Positions 15,754 through 21,035 of a stretch of 21,035 nt of DNA are shown here, piece by piece (position 1 is the stretch's first letter; the number at the start of each line of letters is the position of its first letter). A model generated the notes under the pieces. It was not told the origin of the DNA. It saw only the letters and a list, made by a program, of their open reading frames with translations, and did not search any database. The position numbers were made by a program, and so were the translations under genes. The stretch lies in the NCBI GenBank assembly GCA_041492755.1, contig JBGPXN010000076.1:1-21035 (forward strand), written 5' to 3'. Source of the stretch: Candidatus Methylomirabilia bacterium (GTDB taxonomy: Bacteria > Methylomirabilota > Methylomirabilia > Rokubacteriales > CSP1-6).

Positions 15754-15794
15754 CGGCGCGATCAGCGCCCACGCCCAGGAGCAAGGAGAAGACG

Positions 15795-16103
15795 ATGGCG
15801 GACGTGTTGACGGTGGTGGCGAAGGTCCGGGCGGCCAAGGGCAAGGGCGACGCGCTGGCGGCGTTGCTCAAGGAGCAGGTGGCGGTGGTGCGGGCGGCGG
15901 AGCCGGGCTGCCTCATCTATCGCCCGCACCGGTCCACGAAGGATCCCGACCTCTTCATCTTCTACGAGCAGTACAAGGACGATGCGGCGTTCGACGCGCA
16001 CCGCAAGGCGCCGTACCTGGCCACGTATCGCGAACGGCGTGAGCGCGAAGGCTTGACCGAAGGCCCGCCCGAGGTGGAGATCTACCGCTCGATCACCGAC
16101 TGA
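15795..16103 (+). CDS. ABM-domain protein (antibiotic biosynthesis / putative quinol monooxygenase family)
   Basis: Motifs VVAKVRAAKGK, EPGCLIY and FIFYEQYKDDAAFDAH. AAGGAG RBS. Confidence 0.9.
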   Translation: MADVLTVVAKVRAAKGKGDALAALLKEQVAVVRAAEPGCLIYRPHRSTKDPDLFIFYEQYKDDAAFDAHRKAPYLATYRERREREGLTEGPPEVEIYRSITD

Positions 16104-16109
16104 GCGCCG

Positions 16110-16538
16110 ATCACCCACCACCACATGGATCACGCGGGTGGCGTGCGGGCGTACGCCGCGCAGGGCGCCACCATCGTGGCCGGGAAAGGCACCGGCGCTC
16201 ACTTCAAGCGTGTGCTGGCGGCGCCGTTCACGCGGAATCCCGACCTGGCCGTGAAGGACCTGAGCGCCACCCCGATCGTGGAGGTGGCCGACAAGCACGT
16301 GCTCACCGACGGCACCCGCAAGGTCGGCGCCTACGTCCTCGACAACAACCCGCACGCCCAGGGCTTGCTGATCGGCTATGTGGAGGACGCCCGTCTCGGC
16401 TTCGCCACCGACATCTGGAGCCCCGGCGCCGGGCCGCTGTCCGCCAAGCTCACTCCGGCGCTGGCCTCGCTCGTCGCCGGCGTCAAGAAGGCCGGCATCT
16501 CGCCGACCCGATTCGCGGGTGGCCACGGCTCGGTCGCG
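16110..16538 (+). pseudogene. Fragment of an MBL-fold metallohydrolase (C-terminal part only)
   Basis: ITHHHMDHAGG (HxHxDH) begins upstream of the only ATG (16125), followed by NPHAQG, TDIW and GGHG. No RBS and no N-terminus; homology-like sequence ends at a palindromic element. Confidence 0.75.
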
Positions 16539-16620
16539 TCGCCCGGCGGCGTACTCGGAGTACGCCTCGGGCGCTGCTTCCCTCGCCGCCTCGCATCTGG
16601 CCCGAATTGAACGGCCTGCT
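16537..16620. repeat. Partial REP/MITE-like element
   Basis: Perfect inverted repeat GGCGTACTC-G-GAGTACGCC (16548-16566), then GCCGCCTCGCATCTGG...TTGAACGGCCTGCT. Resembles the end of non-autonomous repeats as I recall them; not verified. Confidence 0.45.
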
Positions 16621-16634
16621 TCGTGTCTAGGGAG

Positions 16635-17699
16635 TCAGCGAAATCGCGGCATGACGCGCTCGCCGAAGCGCCGCATCGATTCCATGATGCGGGCGTGCGG
16701 CAGGTAGCCGTAGCTCATCTGACAGAGCACGTGCTGCACGCCGGCGTCACGGAGCGCGGCCACCTGCTCGGCGACCCGCTCGGCCGTTCCGCACAGCGTG
16801 GCCGTCTCCAGCGAGTACCGGGCGCCGTCCTCGTCCGACACCAGTGGATCGTTCCACGGATTGATCCGCGATGGCTCGACCTTGAAGTCGGCGGGGTTGT
16901 GCGTCGAGCGCGCGTGGATCATGTGATGCCGCGTGTGCCGGAGCGCTTCCGCCAGCTCGTCCTCGGCCTGGCTCTGACTCTCGGCGACGTGCACGAAGCG
17001 CCAGAGCGCCGCTTGCTCGCGGAGCCGCCGCTGCGCCGACGCATCCAGTCCGCTCTCGGCCAGGCCGGCGTCGTAGAGCGCGAGCCGCTCGGGAACGCGC
17101 GCGAGCGGGATGCGCGCGATCAGGAGCAGCGCGCCCAGCCGCCCGCACTCGCGCACCGAGCCGGCGCCCGACACACTCCGCCAGATCGGCGGGTGCGGCC
17201 GCTGGCGGGGGCGGGGGCGAAGCTCGGGCAGGCGGAGCTGATAGAACCTGCCCTGGTGGACCAGCGGCGCTGCGGTCCACGCGCGGACCATCACGTCGAG
17301 CGTCTCCTCCATCCGCGCCCGGCTGTCGTCGCTGCGCAGGCCGTAGCCGACGAACTCGTACTCGTTGAAGTTGGTCCCGTGTCCGATGCCGATGTCGAGG
17401 CGACCGTCGGAGAGGTTGTCGAGGACCGCGAGCTCGGTGGCCAGACGGATCGGGTGCCGCAGCGCCAGCTGCAGCACGGCGAAGCCGATGCGGATGCGCG
17501 ACGTGCGCGCGGCCACCACGCTGGCGAACGGGATGGGATCGCAGAAGACGCTCTCGCCCGTGAAGTTGTGCTCGGTGAGCCAGACGCCGTCGAAGCCGGC
17601 CGTCTCCGCGAAGCACGCCTGGGCGAGCTGCTCGTGGATGGCGGCGTAGTCGCCGTCGGGCGAGGGGGAAAGGCCGAGCGTCAACCAGCCGAATCGCAT
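16635..17699 (-). CDS. LLM-class (luciferase-like) flavin-dependent oxidoreductase
   Basis: Motifs MRFG, GFDGVWLTEHNF, RTSRIRIG, HPIRLATELAVLDNLSDGRLDIGIG, PRPRQRPHPPIW and MESMRRFGERVMP. Confidence 0.93.
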   Translation of the reverse strand: MRFGWLTLGLSPSPDGDYAAIHEQLAQACFAETAGFDGVWLTEHNFTGESVFCDPIPFASVVAARTSRIRIGFAVLQLALRHPIRLATELAVLDNLSDGRLDIGIGHGTNFNEYEFVGYGLRSDDSRARMEETLDVMVRAWTAAPLVHQGRFYQLRLPELRPRPRQRPHPPIWRSVSGAGSVRECGRLGALLLIARIPLARVPERLALYDAGLAESGLDASAQRRLREQAALWRFVHVAESQSQAEDELAEALRHTRHHMIHARSTHNPADFKVEPSRINPWNDPLVSDEDGARYSLETATLCGTAERVAEQVAALRDAGVQHVLCQMSYGYLPHARIMESMRRFGERVMPRFR

Positions 17700-17712
17700 C
17701 CCGTCGGCCGCG

Positions 17713-18084
17713 CTACTTGTCCTTCAACGGCACCACGGCGTAGTACCGCGGCTGGTCGCCGACGGCTCGCGTGACGTGGCCGCGGCCCGTCACGTCCTCG
17801 GCGAGCACGACGTCGCCGGGCCCGACGCGCGCCACCGTTCCATCGCCGACCTCGATCTCCGCGGCCCCCGACAGCGAGATGGAGTATTGCCGGCGGGGCG
17901 CACAGTGCCACGAGAGCACGTACCCGGGCGGCGAGACGCGGAACGTGATTCCGGTGACCGGCTGCATCGGCGTGGCTTCGCCGTGGGCGCCCTCGACGTC
18001 GGCGAAGGGCTTCATCGCCCACGGCATGTCCTCGAGGTGCGACTCGCCGTCCGAGCCGCTGTAGATCCGCCAGAGCTTGGGCAT
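17713..18084 (-). CDS. Small cupin-domain protein, 123 aa
   Basis: Motifs RIYSGSDGESH, WHCAPRRQY, LSGAAEIEVGDG and GDVVLAEDVTGRGH. GAGGA RBS before ATG 18084. Confidence 0.85.
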   Translation of the reverse strand: MPKLWRIYSGSDGESHLEDMPWAMKPFADVEGAHGEATPMQPVTGITFRVSPPGYVLSWHCAPRRQYSISLSGAAEIEVGDGTVARVGPGDVVLAEDVTGRGHVTRAVGDQPRYYAVVPLKDK

Positions 18085-18100
18085 GATGGTGGTCCTCGTC

Positions 18101-18173
18101 TCACGCGCAGTAGGGAAGCACCCGGTCACCGAAGAGTCTGATCGCTTCCATGTAGATAGAGACCGAACTTCAC
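18101..18173 (-). pseudogene. Collapsed LLM oxidoreductase gene (N- and C-termini only)
   Basis: GGAGGAGG RBS, then GTG-KFGLYL (18173-18153), joined out of frame to MEAIRLFGDRVLPYCA* (18151-18101). Compare MRFGWL and MESMRRFGERVMPRFR* of the intact LLM gene at 16635-17699. Confidence 0.75.
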
Positions 18174-18214
18174 GAGCGACCTCCTCCCGCGTCATGTTCA
18201 TGCCGAACGCTCCC

Positions 18215-18238
18215 GCTCATCGTGCGCGCAGTATGAGC
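18215..18238. promoter_or_regulatory. 24-bp imperfect palindrome between divergent units (operator candidate)
   Basis: GCTCAT-CG-TGCGCGCA-GT-ATGAGC: 10 of 12 positions pair. Confidence 0.35.
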
Positions 18239-18330
18239 CGTGCAGTCGGAAGCGATCAAGGATACGCTCGCGCGGAGGATGGCGTCGCCCCGAGATCGCC
18301 AGGCGGAGCGCCGGTCCGAAGGAGGAGCAG

Positions 18331-19455
18331 GTGAAGATCACGCGCGTCGAGCCGTTTCACGTCGACTGGGGTGGCGGGCGGAGCCGGAGCGCCTGGGTCC
18401 GGATCTGGATCGACGGTGACACCGGCGTCTACGGCCTCGGCGAGGCGAGCCCGATGGTGCACGGCAACGCGTCGCTCGAGATCATCGGGAGCGCCTTCAC
18501 TCCGATGCTGCTGGGCGCCGACCCGCTGGAGCCGCGCGTGATCCAGGACCGGCTGTTTCACCAGCACATCAAGGTCGGCCCGGAGGGCGCGTACGCGGCG
18601 GCGCTGGCCGCCATCGACATCGCGCTGTGGGACCTCAAGGGCAAGGTGTTGCGCCAGCCGGTGTGGAAGCTTCTCGGCGGGGCGTGGCGGCGCGAGCTGC
18701 CCTTCTACGCGTCGATCGGTGGCAACGGTCAGCGGAGCGTGGACGAGGTCTGCCGCGTGGTGGAGTCGTGGCTCGTGTTCGGCCCGGCGCAGGTGAAGAT
18801 CCGCTTCGACGCCGACAAGACGACGCGTGACGTCGACATCGCCGGTGACATCGCCAAGGCCCGCGCGGTGCGCGAGCTGGTGGGCGACGGGTTCCCGCTC
18901 GCGTTCGACGCCAACAACGGCTATTCGGTCCAGGGCGCGATCCGCGTGGGCCGTGCGCTCGAGGAGCTGGGCTACGTGTGGTTCGAGGAGCCGGTGCAGC
19001 ACTATCACGTGGAGAGCTTGGCCAAGGTCGCCGCCGCGCTCGACATCGCGGTCTCCGCGGGCGAGCAGGAGTACACGCTGCAGGGGATCAAGCGGCTCAT
19101 CGAGGCGGGCGTGGACATCGTGCAGCCCGACATCGTGAAGACCGGCGGGTTCACCGGCCTGGGCGACATGGCCGCGCTCGCCCGCGCGTTCGGGGTCGAC
19201 CTCGTGCCGCACCAGACGCAGCCCTCGATCGGACACACCGCGAACCTGCACCTCGTGGCCTCACTCGCGCATTCGCACTACCCGGCGGAGTACAACGGTC
19301 CCCGCGACGTGCAGGACGTCGTGTTCGAGACCCCCGTGCGGCCGGTGCAGGGGAAATTCGTCCTCTCCGACGCGCCCGGGCTCGGTCTCGAGCTCGATGA
19401 GACCGAGCTGCGGAAGCGGATGATTCCGTGGACGTCCTCCGCCCCGAGCGGGTGA
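18331..19455 (+). CDS. Mandelate racemase/muconate lactonizing enzyme family (enolase superfamily)
   Basis: Motifs MKITRVE, GLGE, AAIDIALWDLKGK, VWKLLGG, metal ligands in DAN / FEEP / AGE, QPD...GG, VPH and PGLG. GTG start with AAGGAGGAG RBS. Confidence 0.93.
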   Translation: MKITRVEPFHVDWGGGRSRSAWVRIWIDGDTGVYGLGEASPMVHGNASLEIIGSAFTPMLLGADPLEPRVIQDRLFHQHIKVGPEGAYAAALAAIDIALWDLKGKVLRQPVWKLLGGAWRRELPFYASIGGNGQRSVDEVCRVVESWLVFGPAQVKIRFDADKTTRDVDIAGDIAKARAVRELVGDGFPLAFDANNGYSVQGAIRVGRALEELGYVWFEEPVQHYHVESLAKVAAALDIAVSAGEQEYTLQGIKRLIEAGVDIVQPDIVKTGGFTGLGDMAALARAFGVDLVPHQTQPSIGHTANLHLVASLAHSHYPAEYNGPRDVQDVVFETPVRPVQGKFVLSDAPGLGLELDETELRKRMIPWTSSAPSG

Positions 19456-19458
19456 GCG

Positions 19459-20844
19459 TTAGACGGGTCTACGGGTGTGCCACTCCGTGGCCTGCTCGTA
19501 CGCGTGGCCGGCGCGGAGCACGGTGACCTCGTCGAAGGGGCGGCCGGCGATCTGCAGTGAGATCGGCAACCCGCCCGTCGAGAAGCCGCACGGCAGCGCG
19601 AGGGCGGGGAGGCCGCTGAGGTTGAACGGCGGCGTGTTGCTCCGCGGGAACCCGATCGTCGTGTCCCACATCATCTCGAACGTCGGGGCCGGCCTCGGTG
19701 ACGTGGGTGTCGCGAACAGATCGACCGTCCGCAGCGCGTCGAGCATCTCCCGGCGCAGCCGCTCGCGCAGCCGCATCGCCTGGACGTACTCGGTGCTGGT
19801 GTAGAGCCCGCCGTGCATCAGCCGCTCGCGCAGCAGATCGCCGTACTTCTCCGGTCGCTCGCGGAGGTCGCGCTCGTGATACGCAAACGCCTCCGAGGCC
19901 ATGATGACCATGAACGATGGCGAGTCCCACATGTGCGGAATGGGCACGTCACGCACGTCCGCGCCCAGGCTCTTCAACGTCGCCAGCGAGTCCTCGAACG
20001 CCTTCACCACCTCGGTGTCGGCGCCGGCGAGGAAGAAGTCGCGCGCGGGCACGCCGATCCTCAGACCGCGGATCGACTGGCCGAGCGTCGCGAGGTAGTC
20101 GGACACGGGCACGTGGCTCGACGCGGGGTCGAGCGGATCGTGGCCGGCCAGCGCCTGCAGCAGGTACGCGCAGTCCTCGACCGTGCGCGCCATCGGCCCC
20201 GTGTGGTCGAGCGTCCACGACAGCGTCACCACGCCGGCGCGGCTGCAGCGCCCGTACGTCGGCTTGAGTCCGACGATGCCGGAGAACGAGGCGGGACCGC
20301 GGATGGAGCCGCCGGTGTCCGAGCCGAGAGCGCCGACACACAGGCCGGCGGCGAGCGCGGCGCCCGAGCCGCTCGACGAGCCACCGGGGATGTGGTCGAG
20401 GTTCCACGGATTGCGCGCGGGCGGGAAGCGATGCCCGGGCGTCTGGATGCCCCACGCGAACTCGTGGGTGATGAGCTTGCCGAGCATCACGCATCCGGCC
20501 TCTTGCAACCGCGTGACGCACGTCGCGTCGGTGTCCGGCACCCAGTCCTCGAGGAGCGCCGAGCCCGCCGTGGTCTTGATCCCGCGGGTGAAGTAGAGGT
20601 CCTTGTAGCCGACGGGGATGCCGAGGAGCGGCCGGCCGTCGCCGCGAGCGATGGCCGCTTCCGCCGCCCTGGCGTCGGCCAGCGCACGGTCGGCCGTGAT
20701 GGTGACGAAGGTGTGGAGCGTCGGCTCCAGCTTCTCGATCCGCTGCAGAAGCGCCGCCGTCAGCTCGACGGGGGAGAGCTTTCGCGCGCGGAACCGCTGG
20801 CCAAGCTCGCGGACGCCCGCGTAGCAGAGGTCATCGCTGGCCAT
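19459..20844 (-). CDS. Amidase-signature-family enzyme (GatA/AtzE-like)
   Basis: Motifs GIPVGYKD, NPWN...PGGSSSGSG, GSDTGGSIRGPA, GLKPTYGR and LDHTGPM (Ser-cisSer-Lys triad). GGAGG RBS. Confidence 0.93.
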   Translation of the reverse strand: MASDDLCYAGVRELGQRFRARKLSPVELTAALLQRIEKLEPTLHTFVTITADRALADARAAEAAIARGDGRPLLGIPVGYKDLYFTRGIKTTAGSALLEDWVPDTDATCVTRLQEAGCVMLGKLITHEFAWGIQTPGHRFPPARNPWNLDHIPGGSSSGSGAALAAGLCVGALGSDTGGSIRGPASFSGIVGLKPTYGRCSRAGVVTLSWTLDHTGPMARTVEDCAYLLQALAGHDPLDPASSHVPVSDYLATLGQSIRGLRIGVPARDFFLAGADTEVVKAFEDSLATLKSLGADVRDVPIPHMWDSPSFMVIMASEAFAYHERDLRERPEKYGDLLRERLMHGGLYTSTEYVQAMRLRERLRREMLDALRTVDLFATPTSPRPAPTFEMMWDTTIGFPRSNTPPFNLSGLPALALPCGFSTGGLPISLQIAGRPFDEVTVLRAGHAYEQATEWHTRRPV

Positions 20845-21034
20845 GGTCGACCCCTCCGGTGGCGTCGAAGGTGACGGCCGGCTCGACGGTCTGCACCGCG
20901 CGCGAGTCGGTCTTGCCGAGCGGCGCCAGCGCCTCGTTGAGCAGCCGGCGCACCATCTCGAGCCGATCGTCGCGCAGCGTGAGGCCGGCAGCCTGCGCGC
21001 GCTTCTTCACCTCGTCCACGGTGACGTCGCTCAT
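20831..21034 (-). CDS. Small GatC/AtzG-like amidase partner protein, 67 aa
   Basis: VTVDEVKKRAQAAGLTL...EPAVTF pattern; overlaps the amidase start by 14 bp. The start is at the window edge, so the RBS is not visible. Confidence 0.65.
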   Translation of the reverse strand: MSDVTVDEVKKRAQAAGLTLRDDRLEMVRRLLNEALAPLGKTDSRAVQTVEPAVTFDATGGVDHGQR

Positions 21035-21035
21035 G

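Noticed and set aside
15795..16610. ABM-MBL fusion by TGA readthrough or selenocysteine
   Set aside because: The ABM domain is complete at its stop, the TGA is not at a Cys-like position, and the MBL part lacks its N-terminal half; a deletion scar is simpler.
19459..21034. Housekeeping gatC-gatA
   Set aside because: No gatB follows, and the amidase has HEFAWG rather than the GatA-typical DEFAMGS.

Overview
High-GC bacterial chromosomal window. Gene content and repeat style suggest a Rokubacteria/Methylomirabilota-like soil bacterium, but that is inference only. Left end (minus strand): a sigma70-type promoter and a clear cobalamin riboswitch head an operon of five genes. These encode a stand-alone Cfa N-terminal domain, a geranylgeranyl-reductase-family flavoprotein, an N-terminally short Cfa-type SAM methyltransferase, a His-box membrane desaturase and a YjbQ-like protein that runs off the window and is absent from the ORF track. 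This is the best candidate for a new system: a B12-repressed, B12-independent desaturate/methylenate/reduce lipid C-methylation pathway with a split Cfa. Next come an AAA+/DUF4143 ATPase with a perfect AT-rich palindrome upstream and an SdsA1/BDS1-type alkyl sulfatase. A BMP-type nucleoside ABC operon follows, interrupted by an RHH-VapC toxin-antitoxin pair plus a remnant of a COG2984 binding-protein gene. The right half holds a divergent class C acid phosphatase, a ThDP enzyme, an ABM protein, an LLM oxidoreductase, a cupin, an enolase-superfamily enzyme, and an amidase with a GatC/AtzG-like partner. Several intergenic regions are gene remnants (collapsed LLM gene, MBL fragment, binding-protein tail, possible glutaredoxin start) or REP/MITE-like palindromic elements. 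All family calls come from reading motifs by eye; no searches were run.
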